From a virus (lineage: Duplodnaviria > Heunggongvirae > Uroviricota > Caudoviricetes), in IMG/VR virus record IMGVR_UViG_3300045988_031537: DNA of 44,853 bases; one strand, written 5' to 3'. This document shows, one piece after another, positions 9,518-18,216 of the stretch. Made by a program: the position numbers and the translations under genes. A model generated the notes under the pieces. The model saw only the letters and a program-made list of their open reading frames with translations, was not told where the DNA came from and made no database searches. Each line of letters opens with the position of its first letter. Position 1 is the first letter of the stretch.

Positions 9518-11854
9518 ATGTCAAGCGGATGCGGTGACGTTTTAAGCCTGGCGGATTTACAGACCGCCAAGAAACACCAGATTTTCGAAGCCGAGGTTAT
9601 CACCGGCAAATCCGGCGGTGTTGCAGGTGGCGCCGATATTGATTACGCGACAAATGCCGTTACAGGGCAGACCCAAAAGACGTTACCAGCCGTGTTGCGT
9701 GACGCTGGTTTTTCTCCGGTGTCATGGGACTTTTCCACTGGTGGTACGTTAACCGCTAATGACCGCGACAAAGTGGTGTATGACCCTGTAAGCAAGACGT
9801 GGTACTCGTATACCGGGACTCTGCCGGTTGTTGTCCCCGCATCGTTTAACCCGGTTGGTAACGCTAACTGGAAGCCGCAGACTGACCCGGATTTGCGCAA
9901 TGATTTATCCAGCACAGACAATGCGACATTAGGTGATGCCATGGTCGGCGTCCGACAACCATTTACCGACGCTGTCGGCAGGACGCAACACGATAAAAAT
10001 AGAGAAGTAGTTTCCGTTCTGGACTTCTATTTAGGTACTGACCCTGATTACACAAACGCCCTTAACCGAGCGCTTACAGCTAGTAACGGGGTGCTTGTAC
10101 CGCAAGGGGAGTATAGTACGTCGCTACTCTCCCACCCGACATGCTCTCTATTCGGAACAGGGGGTGGGGTTTTAAAACAATCAAACGATTCTGGAAACCA
10201 CTTAATCTTTGATAAACCTGCAGGAGGGCTACTTAGCACCCTGAGTATTGTAGGAAATAAGGCAACGGACTCCACACAGGGTCAGCAGGTTTCCTTCGCC
10301 GGTGGGCGGGACGTTACTATTAAAGGTATTGATTTTAAAAATGCAAAGGGAACTGGATTTAGTTTAATAGCATACCCTAGTGATGGGGGTCCGTCTGGAT
10401 ACATTGTAAGCGGCATACGGGGCGACTACTCCGGGTATGCTACAAATAAAAAAGCGGGGTGCGTGCTGTTTGAGTCCGCAAGTAATACTATAATCAACGA
10501 TGTTATCGCCCGAAACTACCCCCAATTCGGGGCGGTTGAGTTGAAAACAGATGCTAAATGTAATGTTGTTAGTGGCGTCATTGGGCAAAGCTGTCAGCAC
10601 GTTGTTTATAATGGCACCGAGACGACCAATGCCCCTAGCAGTAATATTATCAGTAATGTTGTTGCTAATAACGCTAAGTATGCCGCTGTGGCCGCCGGCA
10701 AGGGTTCAGGTAATCTGGTGACAAATGTTGTAGCTGATTACTCCTCCTCCGAGGCCACGCAAGCACACGGCGTTACATTACAAGGCAACTATAATGCCGC
10801 TGATAATATTCTAATGGTTGGGTGCAGCGGAACTAATAGTTTAGGGCAAACGCAAACCGCGACTTCTATTAGGTTTTTAGACAGAGCTAGTAATAACTAC
10901 GCATCGGTTTTCCCTATGTATAGTGCTTCCGGGGTTGTTACACTAGAGACAGGGACTACCCGTAACTTTGTGGAAGTAAAGCACCCTGGACCCAAGAACA
11001 GTCTTCTTAGTTCACTATCTACTATAACCGGGGTCTCTAGCATTGATGGTACTACCACCAGTAACGTGGTACACGCCCCCGCTATAGGACAATACATAGG
11101 GTCCATGTCCGGTAGGTTTGAGTGGTTCACTAAGTATATAGATACTTCTGCATTGCCTTTTGTGACAGCTGATAAATTCAGACTAATTTCCGATGGGGCT
11201 ACATCTTTGGCTATTGGTGGAGGTACGACCTCTCAGATAAAATTACTCACATCTGATGGTACTTATCGAACTATTGCTCTGGTTGAGGGTAATTTACGCT
11301 TAGCCTCTGACGCATCGGCGTATATTCAAATAGCCCCGACGGCTATTACACCATCCAGTGCAAACACCGTCGCTATCGGGTCGGCAAGTCGCGCTTTGTC
11401 CGGCGGATTCACTCAAACAGCGTTTACGGTTACGTCTGACGAGAGAACCAAGACACTACCCCTGGAATTAACTGACGCTATGTTAGACGCTTGGGCTGAA
11501 GTTAATTTAGTTCAATATAAGTACCTGGATAGGGTTGCAGAGAAGGGGGAGGATGCAGCTAGGTGGCACTTTGGAGTAGTAGCCCAACGAGCAATTGAGG
11601 CGTTTACCCGGCACGGGTTGGACGCGACTAAGTACGGTTTCCTGTGCTACGATAAGTGGGAAGCGTCTCCGGAAATTATTGATGAGGAATCTGGGGAAGT
11701 ATTAACAAAAGCTACGGCGGCAGGGGAGCGGTATGGTATTCGTTATGATGAGGTATTGATATTAGAGGCTGCGTTACAGCGACGTAAAGCAGCTCAGTTA
11801 GAGAAAAGGATTATAGCGCTTGAGACATTAGTGGCTACCCTGACAAACAGTTAA
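9518..11854 (+). CDS. Tailspike / tail fibre with beta-helix-like middle and C-terminal intramolecular chaperone-like domain
   Basis: AAGAGGA RBS; Gly/Asn/Thr/Ser-rich central repeats typical of pectate-lyase-like depolymerases; C-terminus (...WHFGVVAQRAIEAF...YGIRYDEVLILEA...) resembles the self-cleaving chaperone domain of endosialidase-type spikes. Confidence 0.7.
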   Translation: MSSGCGDVLSLADLQTAKKHQIFEAEVITGKSGGVAGGADIDYATNAVTGQTQKTLPAVLRDAGFSPVSWDFSTGGTLTANDRDKVVYDPVSKTWYSYTGTLPVVVPASFNPVGNANWKPQTDPDLRNDLSSTDNATLGDAMVGVRQPFTDAVGRTQHDKNREVVSVLDFYLGTDPDYTNALNRALTASNGVLVPQGEYSTSLLSHPTCSLFGTGGGVLKQSNDSGNHLIFDKPAGGLLSTLSIVGNKATDSTQGQQVSFAGGRDVTIKGIDFKNAKGTGFSLIAYPSDGGPSGYIVSGIRGDYSGYATNKKAGCVLFESASNTIINDVIARNYPQFGAVELKTDAKCNVVSGVIGQSCQHVVYNGTETTNAPSSNIISNVVANNAKYAAVAAGKGSGNLVTNVVADYSSSEATQAHGVTLQGNYNAADNILMVGCSGTNSLGQTQTATSIRFLDRASNNYASVFPMYSASGVVTLETGTTRNFVEVKHPGPKNSLLSSLSTITGVSSIDGTTTSNVVHAPAIGQYIGSMSGRFEWFTKYIDTSALPFVTADKFRLISDGATSLAIGGGTTSQIKLLTSDGTYRTIALVEGNLRLASDASAYIQIAPTAITPSSANTVAIGSASRALSGGFTQTAFTVTSDERTKTLPLELTDAMLDAWAEVNLVQYKYLDRVAEKGEDAARWHFGVVAQRAIEAFTRHGLDATKYGFLCYDKWEASPEIIDEESGEVLTKATAAGERYGIRYDEVLILEAALQRRKAAQLEKRIIALETLVATLTNS

Positions 11855-11860
11855 ATAAAC

Positions 11861-11888
11861 AAGGCCCCAAACGGGGCCTTTTCTCTAC
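11861..11888 (+). terminator. Rho-independent terminator
   Basis: AAGGCCCC-AAAC-GGGGCCTT followed by TTCTCT. Confidence 0.6.
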
Positions 11889-12022
11889 TCTTCTGATAGC
11901 TTCTCCAGAACAAACGCCAGTTGCGCATTAGCTGCGTCTCTTTGCTGCCGTAGTCGTAGAACCTCTTCTTCAAGTTCCTTGATACGTTTTTGCAATGCTG
12001 GAATCGGGGCTATGATGTTCAT
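11885..12022 (-). CDS. Small hypothetical coiled-coil protein (45 aa)
   Basis: ATG overlaps the upstream stop (ATGA); product MNIIAPIPALQKRIKELEEEVLRLRQQRDAANAQLAFVLEKLSEE. Below the track length cut-off. Confidence 0.3.
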   Translation of the reverse strand: MNIIAPIPALQKRIKELEEEVLRLRQQRDAANAQLAFVLEKLSEE

Positions 12023-12204
12023 TTCTTACCTTCGCTTTTCTTGAAACTGCGCTTTATATCCGGCAGAGTGTAGCATCGTGACTTTTCGTATTTACCGTCC
12101 GAGCTTACCAAAACAAAGCTGTTGCCGTCTTTTGATATGTACTCGATGGTGAAAGTATTGAATGAGTGTATGCTGTATATTTCATCGCCAACATTAAGTT
12201 TCAT
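12019..12204 (-). CDS. Hypothetical protein
   Basis: 61-aa ORF coupled to the upstream helicase gene. Confidence 0.4.
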   Translation of the reverse strand: MKLNVGDEIYSIHSFNTFTIEYISKDGNSFVLVSSDGKYEKSRCYTLPDIKRSFKKSEGKK

Positions 12205-13631
12205 TTCTTACCTCGTCTCTTCATGTAATTAAGCAATTCTTCCTGTACAGATTTCTTCTCGTCGGTGCGCGCGGCAACAACCTCATCCAGCGTGTCTTTA
12301 GCGACGATGTGATAGAGGAACACCGGGCGCTCGTGTCCAGCCTGTTTCTGACGAACAGGGCCTATGCGCTCGACAACCTGCAAATAGTGCTCGAGGTTCC
12401 ACCCCTGACTTATAAACGCCAGATGATGCCCTCCATCCTGTAAATTCAAACCATGCCCGGCTGACGCGGGGTGCACGCATAAGATTTCGATTTCACCGCG
12501 GTTCCACGCTTCCATCTGCTTATTGCCCTTCGCACCTTTGGCGAACGCCTGTGCCTGAGGGAATCGCTTAAGGATACGCTCAAGTTCGTGCTTAAACTGA
12601 TAGGCCACTAGTAACGGTGCACCCTGTAGCTCCTCCACAATCGACTCTAGCGCATCCAGTTTCGTGTCGTGCACTTTCTCCCAGTCTTTGGTTGCTTCGC
12701 CGTCCGGTCCTGATACATACACAGCACCAGATGCAATCTGTAAACACTTCGACGTCTTTGCTGCCGCGTTAGCCGCTTCGACTTCTCCGCTCTCCAGCTC
12801 AGCGAATAACTTCTCCTCCATATCGATGTACGCCTGACGCGCTTTCTTCGGCAGGTCGATTTCAACCGGCACAATAATCGGCGCTTCACAACCGAACCAC
12901 TCGGCAGGGTCGATGGTCAGGCTGATGTCTTTCATCTTCTGATGAATTTCATTATCTGCACCCGGTCGCGCATGATATTCACGCACCATAGCCGACTTAC
13001 CTTTCTGTACCGAGTTAAACCAGCGGTCTGTGAATGCCGTATACGAAGAGCCGAGGCGCTCGCCAGCGTCGATAAACCAGTTCTGACCCCACAAGTCTTT
13101 GAGGCCGTTTGGTGACGGTGTGCCTGTCAGGTTGATGAAACGCTTAACCTTTCCGAACGCAACCTTGCTGAGCGCCTTTGCCCGCTTGCTACCACCCGAA
13201 CGGCTGCGGAACGATTTAAGCTTCGTGCTTTCATCGGCAACGATAACCGTAAAAGGCCAGTCGTCTTTGCCGTAGTAGTCAATTAGCCACTCGATAACTT
13301 CGTAGTTAGTGCACACCACGTTAGCATCTGACTCCAGCGCCGCGATGCGGCGCTTCTCCGAACCAGTTGCATCTACGACACGCAGACAAGGGAATTGCCA
13401 TTTCTCTTGTTCAGCGGGCCACGTACCGGACGCAACACGTAACGGGGCAAGGATTAACACGCGGTCCTCTTCCGTAAGCTGCCCGTTGCGGAACAGGCGG
13501 TTGAGCACCCACATAGTGGAGGAGGTTTTACCTCCCCCCATTCCGCACCAGATATTACAGCGCGGGTGTTGCAGCATGAACGAAGTCATGAGCTTCTGGT
13601 ACCCTCGACGGATAAATTTAGACATGTTCAA
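12201..13631 (-). CDS. SNF2/DEAD-like superfamily 2 helicase
   Basis: Walker A GMGGGKTSS, DExx box VADESTKLK and C-terminal helicase motifs. Confidence 0.75.
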   Translation of the reverse strand: MNMSKFIRRGYQKLMTSFMLQHPRCNIWCGMGGGKTSSTMWVLNRLFRNGQLTEEDRVLILAPLRVASGTWPAEQEKWQFPCLRVVDATGSEKRRIAALESDANVVCTNYEVIEWLIDYYGKDDWPFTVIVADESTKLKSFRSRSGGSKRAKALSKVAFGKVKRFINLTGTPSPNGLKDLWGQNWFIDAGERLGSSYTAFTDRWFNSVQKGKSAMVREYHARPGADNEIHQKMKDISLTIDPAEWFGCEAPIIVPVEIDLPKKARQAYIDMEEKLFAELESGEVEAANAAAKTSKCLQIASGAVYVSGPDGEATKDWEKVHDTKLDALESIVEELQGAPLLVAYQFKHELERILKRFPQAQAFAKGAKGNKQMEAWNRGEIEILCVHPASAGHGLNLQDGGHHLAFISQGWNLEHYLQVVERIGPVRQKQAGHERPVFLYHIVAKDTLDEVVAARTDEKKSVQEELLNYMKRRGKK

Positions 13632-13822
13632 TCCTTAACGTAGAGTACCAGCTCTTTACGCCCGAACGCGGTAACGTTGCCTGTTACATCTTCGATAACC
13701 AGTTTACCGTTTGACTCGACGAACACAGTATCAACGGCAACAGGCTGGCGGGTCTTAACGTTGAAAATCATGTCGCCAGGTACGATGTCACGTGCTGGCT
13801 TGCGGTCATATTCGTGTTTCAT
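13628..13822 (-). CDS. Hypothetical protein
   Basis: 64-aa ORF, stop overlaps the helicase start. Confidence 0.45.
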   Translation of the reverse strand: MKHEYDRKPARDIVPGDMIFNVKTRQPVAVDTVFVESNGKLVIEDVTGNVTAFGRKELVLYVKD

Positions 13823-13852
13823 TTCTCAATTCCTTATATTGTTGGTGTATGG

Positions 13853-14140
13853 CTAACTATAATAGTTTGCTATTAGGTCGTCAACCTGTTTAAACGAACC
13901 AACGACAAAAACATTTGCACCGCGTTTACGCATCCGCTCATGCTCACGTAACTGGTGCGGGTCAGGCTTCGTGTTTTCGTCTTTCTTAACCTCGACGAAC
14001 CAGACGATGCCGCCGGGGAGAATTACCAGCAGGTCAGGGGCGCCGGAGCGCCCCTCGTACGAAAGTTTACGAACGAGGCCCCCCAGGGCCTCGAATCGCT
14101 CTTTTGCGTATTTCTGCACACGCCCCTCAGGCGTACTCAT
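13853..14140 (-). CDS. VRR-NUC domain nuclease
   Basis: GAPDLLVILPGG...VEVKK matches the VRR-NUC PD-(D/E)XK core. Confidence 0.7.
   Translation of the reverse strand: MSTPEGRVQKYAKERFEALGGLVRKLSYEGRSGAPDLLVILPGGIVWFVEVKKDENTKPDPHQLREHERMRKRGANVFVVGSFKQVDDLIANYYS
13856..13884 (-). promoter_or_regulatory. Sigma70-like promoter, TTGACG-N17-TATAGT
   Basis: Reverse complement reads TTGACG, 17-bp spacer, TATAGT; shares the CTAACTATAATAGT block with the 20647 promoter. Confidence 0.4.
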
Positions 14141-14225
14141 CTACGCACCCCTCACGTTTCGTATGCTCAATCCCGCAGCGCGGACAGATTCGGCAGTCTT
14201 CTTCGTAGAACCAGTAAATTTTCAT
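14127..14225 (-). CDS. Small zinc-ribbon-like protein (32 aa)
   Basis: MKIYWFYEEDCRICPRCGIEHTKREGCVDEYA; start and stop overlap neighbouring genes. Below the track cut-off. Confidence 0.3.
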   Translation of the reverse strand: MKIYWFYEEDCRICPRCGIEHTKREGCVDEYA

Positions 14226-14353
14226 TCCGGCACCCACAGATAAATTGCGATGAACATACCCAATACGGCTACCATCATGCCGTATTGCCCCTCGTGACAG
14301 TAGACACCGGCGGCGAATCCCGCCAGTACCGCGATAATCAGTTTACTTAGCAT
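14222..14353 (-). CDS. Small hydrophobic peptide (43 aa)
   Basis: MLSKLIIAVLAGFAAGVYCHEGQYGMMVAVLGMFIAIYLWVPE; ATG overlaps the 3' end of the polymerase gene. Confidence 0.3.
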   Translation of the reverse strand: MLSKLIIAVLAGFAAGVYCHEGQYGMMVAVLGMFIAIYLWVPE

Positions 14354-17300
14354 AGCGCTTCATCTCCGCACCTTCCGCTACAAGAGGGAACCCCCCCGCC
14401 CACTCTGGCAACGCACACATTAATTTTTCCAGTTCAGGCACCGTGTAATCCGGCGTATCTGGAGTTTCACATACCAGTTCATCGTGTACCGAAAGCACGA
14501 TGGGATACCCGCCACCCTCAACATTAATCATCGCATATGCGAGTAAATCACGGCACAGCGCCTGAACAATGTTTTCGCAGGCTTTGCCGCCGTGTGTGTA
14601 CAGGGTAGTCCATTGGCGGGTTAACTGGTTTTCACCTTGGTACTTGATTCGCACATTCGTGTTTACCCGTCCGTCTTCGTCTGTTTCTTTTGTCACGCTA
14701 ACGCCGATTCCTGGATACGAGAGGATACGGCCCGACGGCAACTCCATACACAACCACCAACCGGGAACCTTCCTACCGGATGAATCGGTTTCTACTGTTC
14801 TCCAGATTCGGATAGCGCGCTCGCCATTCTTGCGCAGATGCGCCCCCGCCCAAAATTCACGACCCGGATTTCTTACAGCGGCTAAAATACCGTCTTTGAG
14901 GTCGCGCCAGAACGCTACTGTTTCCGGGTGTGACTCGCGCCACATACGCTTGATTGCATCGCAGGTGCGCCACACTTTCTTGTCCAGAATATACGACGGT
15001 CGGTCGTCCTTTTCACCTGGATGCGGGGGGTGCTTGGCTTCCTGGATGCGCGCCCACTCGTACCCGCGTGCAGTGGCCGACCAGATATGGTCCGGGAATG
15101 TACCGTCCATTGTTTTTGCCATCTCAATAAGGTCAAGACCTAGGTTTTTAGCAAACGTAACGAACGCTCCAACGCCGCCCTCGTAGCCGAGGCCAAGCTC
15201 GCAGTTATGCGCCACAAGAAAGCCAGAGTCTGAGGCTATAAGAAAACGGTTGCCGTCTTCCACATCAATCAGGTCGTACACCGGCTCGCAGTAGGTTAAT
15301 TTCCCGCTCAAGTTCAGCAATGCGGGCAACGGCTGCATCATACTTTCGTTGAAGCTCGGGTATTTGCCGTCTGTTTCGGCAGTTTTCAGAACGGCTGACA
15401 AACCGAATGTTTCCAGGTTCGTAGTTACCGTCTGTGTCGATTCTATCCATTTCGAGGTTCGGGTCATCCCAGCCTTCCAGAGTTTGAACATATCTAAGAA
15501 AAGACCTTTTATCAGTCCTCCACTGGTCGAATACCGTGATGCCTCTTGCCCCATAGTTTTTATAACCCTTATCCCTGGGGCTTGTTGTTCGCGTGATCGC
15601 CGCTGACAGCCGGTTGAGTAATCGCGTTCTGTGTGCATCATCCGGCATTGCGTCTTCGTAGCAGAAATACTGTTTACGATATTTTTTTGTTGCTTCAAGG
15701 GCGCAGCGGTTGCATTGAGTGGTTTTACCCGCTCTGACGTTGTCATAATAGACCCGCCCCGGCATCTCTCCGCAATCACATTGGACGAGTAGTTGTCTTT
15801 GGCCTTGTCGTTTTGGCAACTCGCGCAGGATAACCAAGCGTCCATACCTCTCTCCAGGGCTAGGCCCATCATATATCTGTTTGAAGCGAGTTGCTTTGCC
15901 TGCTTCCAGGAATGCGCCAAGATTTTGTGATCTTCGGTCATTAGCACCCCGTCCACATTTATTACCGGTTTCCACCCCATAAGGTGCGCGCCTTTTGTAT
16001 TCACCCATTTTTCACCGCTCCATACTTTATCTGTTGATGTAACCGCCATAATATCCTTAAATCCGCCATCGGTCAAAACCTGGGTATGACGGTGAAGGCA
16101 CGCTTTACCAATCTGGCGCAAGTCTTTACGTTCTTTCTTAATGTCATCAGGGTCCATACCGAACATCTTGCCTGCGGTTACACAGTAAATATCCAGTCCG
16201 GCGCGGAACGTATCGAGCGCGGTTTCTTCACCTGCCAGCCACGCAAGCCCGCGGCCTTCAACGTTAGAGTAATCGGCGACGACAAACTTATGCCCGGCTT
16301 CCGGTATTATGCAGCTACGCACAGTAGATGCCGTTAGTTTGGCTACATCAAAACGGCGATGGGCGCGGCCCTTAAGTAACGCTGAAATGCCTTTATCCAG
16401 CTCATCATCATGATAGTAACCGCGTGCCAGGTTCTGCGGCTGGAAGCCTTTACCTGCCCATCGCAGAGTACGTTTTGCCCCACCGTACTGCAAGCAACCG
16501 CGACGGCGGTCGTCCGAAGAGCGGCCCCGCAGCAGCGGGTTATATTTCGTGGACGCCGTGGACGCGGCCCCGAGGCGCATTTCGATAATCGTGCGTGCGT
16601 CGTCCGGTAAATCATCGTCGGCCAGCAGGTCATTCAGCGTTGACTTCTGCACGTTGTGGATTCGGTGCGCAGGGGCAAGTTCGCGCAGAATCGGCAGAAA
16701 GTCTTTACCAGTAAGCGAGCCGCCGTATTTGCGTTGGGCCTCTTCCTGTAACTGCGCTTTGTGTTTCTCCACGGCTTCAATCGCGGCTTCTGCCAGTGCC
16801 ACGTCAACCTTAAACCCGCGGTCGTTGATTAACTGGTCCAGTTCCAGTACACGGTCCTCGAACTCCGAGTTACCCCAACGTGGCAGCTTATGGAATACCT
16901 CACGCATCGCGGTAATATCGCTCACGGCGTACTTGATGAACAACGCCCATTCATCAGGGTGCGTCTCGGCGGTGTAGCGTCTGATTTTGTAGTTCTTCGG
17001 TGTCGGTTTAGAGAAACGCTGAATCAGCGCCTTGCCACGCTTATCCTTCGCATTGTCAGCAGACACGCCCAGCACTTCGCACAATGAGTCAAGTGAACCC
17101 GGCAATGCATGACGAAACGCCCAAATCATCGTATCAATGGTGTTGCGTACCGGAATATCAAAGCCCCAGCAGTGCTTCATTATGAGCCTGTCGAACATTG
17201 AGCCGTTGTGCCACACCATCTTAATGCGACTGTTAGGCTTAACCAGACGACGTAACGCGCGGTGCAAATCGCCCGGCATGTCACTGCCGTCGGTGCAATC

Positions 17301-17441
17301 CCACACCTGCACAGGCTCGTCGTCAAAAGCGTATGTACAGATAAGCACTTCGGTAGTTGGATGCTCGGCGTAAGCGTAGGAGCCGACTTTCTTTAAATCG
17401 GCTTCGGAGAATGTTTCAAAGTCTAAGAACAGGTAACTCAT
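14343..17441 (-). CDS. Family A DNA polymerase (3'-5' exonuclease plus polymerase domains) interrupted by an intein
   Basis: Exo motif DFETFS; polymerase motif A ADYSNVEGR, motif B RQIGKA/CELGLGYEGG split by the intein, motif C VHDELV. Confidence 0.85.
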   Translation of the reverse strand: MSYLFLDFETFSEADLKKVGSYAYAEHPTTEVLICTYAFDDEPVQVWDCTDGSDMPGDLHRALRRLVKPNSRIKMVWHNGSMFDRLIMKHCWGFDIPVRNTIDTMIWAFRHALPGSLDSLCEVLGVSADNAKDKRGKALIQRFSKPTPKNYKIRRYTAETHPDEWALFIKYAVSDITAMREVFHKLPRWGNSEFEDRVLELDQLINDRGFKVDVALAEAAIEAVEKHKAQLQEEAQRKYGGSLTGKDFLPILRELAPAHRIHNVQKSTLNDLLADDDLPDDARTIIEMRLGAASTASTKYNPLLRGRSSDDRRRGCLQYGGAKRTLRWAGKGFQPQNLARGYYHDDELDKGISALLKGRAHRRFDVAKLTASTVRSCIIPEAGHKFVVADYSNVEGRGLAWLAGEETALDTFRAGLDIYCVTAGKMFGMDPDDIKKERKDLRQIGKACLHRHTQVLTDGGFKDIMAVTSTDKVWSGEKWVNTKGAHLMGWKPVINVDGVLMTEDHKILAHSWKQAKQLASNRYMMGLALERGMDAWLSCASCQNDKAKDNYSSNVIAERCRGGSIMTTSERVKPLNATAAPLKQQKNIVNSISATKTQCRMMHTERDYSTGCQRRSREQQAPGIRVIKTMGQEASRYSTSGGLIKGLFLDMFKLWKAGMTRTSKWIESTQTVTTNLETFGLSAVLKTAETDGKYPSFNESMMQPLPALLNLSGKLTYCEPVYDLIDVEDGNRFLIASDSGFLVAHNCELGLGYEGGVGAFVTFAKNLGLDLIEMAKTMDGTFPDHIWSATARGYEWARIQEAKHPPHPGEKDDRPSYILDKKVWRTCDAIKRMWRESHPETVAFWRDLKDGILAAVRNPGREFWAGAHLRKNGERAIRIWRTVETDSSGRKVPGWWLCMELPSGRILSYPGIGVSVTKETDEDGRVNTNVRIKYQGENQLTRQWTTLYTHGGKACENIVQALCRDLLAYAMINVEGGGYPIVLSVHDELVCETPDTPDYTVPELEKLMCALPEWAGGFPLVAEGAEMKRYAK
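15204..16100 (-). mobile_element. Intein (299 aa) inserted in polymerase motif B
   Basis: Starts CLHRHTQVLTDGG (block A), has TEDHKILA (block B, TxxH), VYDLIDVEDGNRFLIA (block F) and ends LVAHN followed by Cys+1; codons checked at both junctions. Confidence 0.7.
15265..16008 (-). CDS. HNH-family homing endonuclease encoded inside the intein in a different reading frame
   Basis: Cys cluster CDCG...CNRC, AP2-like GYKNYGARGITVFDQW, HNH-like MDRIDTDGNYEPGNIRFVSRSENCRN; frame is -1 relative to the polymerase. Confidence 0.6.
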   Translation of the reverse strand: MGEYKRRAPYGVETGNKCGRGANDRRSQNLGAFLEAGKATRFKQIYDGPSPGERYGRLVILRELPKRQGQRQLLVQCDCGEMPGRVYYDNVRAGKTTQCNRCALEATKKYRKQYFCYEDAMPDDAHRTRLLNRLSAAITRTTSPRDKGYKNYGARGITVFDQWRTDKRSFLRYVQTLEGWDDPNLEMDRIDTDGNYEPGNIRFVSRSENCRNRRQIPELQRKYDAAVARIAELEREINLLRAGVRPD

Positions 17442-17500
17442 TATTTTCGACCCTTAGTAAAAAGGCCCAATGAAGGGCCTTAGTTAAATTGATTCAGAGA

Positions 17501-18127
17501 TTAACGGCGACGACGTTCGCGGCGCGGTGCTTCATCTTCTTCGTCGTCTTCCAGGTCACTAACACTTGCAGCAACTTTAGAACCACCAAACGCTTTACCT
17601 TCGCCGACGTATTTAATTGCCAGCAGGTTAACACCGAGGACTTTATATTTCTGGCTGAACCAGATTTCTACGCTTACGTTAGCAACGCAGCCACTGTAAA
17701 CCTGTTCACCTTCAATCTGTTCGCCGTCTACATTGAAGTCCTGCTCTACCTGAGTTTCGCCTTTTTTAGAGGTTACAATCAGCGGCTGTTTTTGTGCTTT
17801 CGCTTTGAAGTAGAAGCCTTCCGGGAAGTCTTCAAATGGATTGTCTCGCTCGGCAATGTCTTTAATCGCGCATTTATCCATGTGCTTACCTTCGCCGTAG
17901 TTTGACTTCATCCACTTCTCGGCAGCGGCTGCACCTAACGCTTCTTCAACCACAGCGTAAACAGTATCGTATAGCGCATCGATTTGAGCATGGTCAGACG
18001 GCAGGATTATAGTCGCGCTGTACTGGCCTTTAGTGATGGAGCCATCGTCGTTTTCACGGTCTTTTTCGCGTTCGAATACGTTAACCCAGGCAGTGTTTAC
18101 TTTACGCAGATTCAGCTTAATACCCAT
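17501..18127 (-). CDS. Putative ssDNA-binding protein (DUF2815-like) with acidic C-terminal tail
   Basis: Position and composition within the polymerase/nuclease module; acidic tail DLEDDEEDE. Confidence 0.5.
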   Translation of the reverse strand: MGIKLNLRKVNTAWVNVFEREKDRENDDGSITKGQYSATIILPSDHAQIDALYDTVYAVVEEALGAAAAEKWMKSNYGEGKHMDKCAIKDIAERDNPFEDFPEGFYFKAKAQKQPLIVTSKKGETQVEQDFNVDGEQIEGEQVYSGCVANVSVEIWFSQKYKVLGVNLLAIKYVGEGKAFGGSKVAASVSDLEDDEEDEAPRRERRRR

Positions 18128-18182
18128 ATCTCGATTCCTCAGTTTTTAGTTTACTCCGGGAAGCTGCCCGGCCAGTGATTAG

Positions 18183-18211
18183 AACTATAATAGCCAACTA
18201 TTCAGGTGTCA
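18183..18211 (-). promoter_or_regulatory. Sigma70-like promoter, TTGACA-N17-TATAGT
   Basis: Reverse complement reads TTGACA, 17-bp spacer, TATAGT; upstream of the SSB-like gene. Confidence 0.45.
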
Positions 18212-18216
18212 ACACT

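Noticed and set aside
14569-15186. 205-aa plus-strand ORF inside the DNA polymerase gene
   Set aside because: Antisense to polymerase coding sequence with conserved motifs; Ser/Arg/Pro-rich translation looks non-coding.
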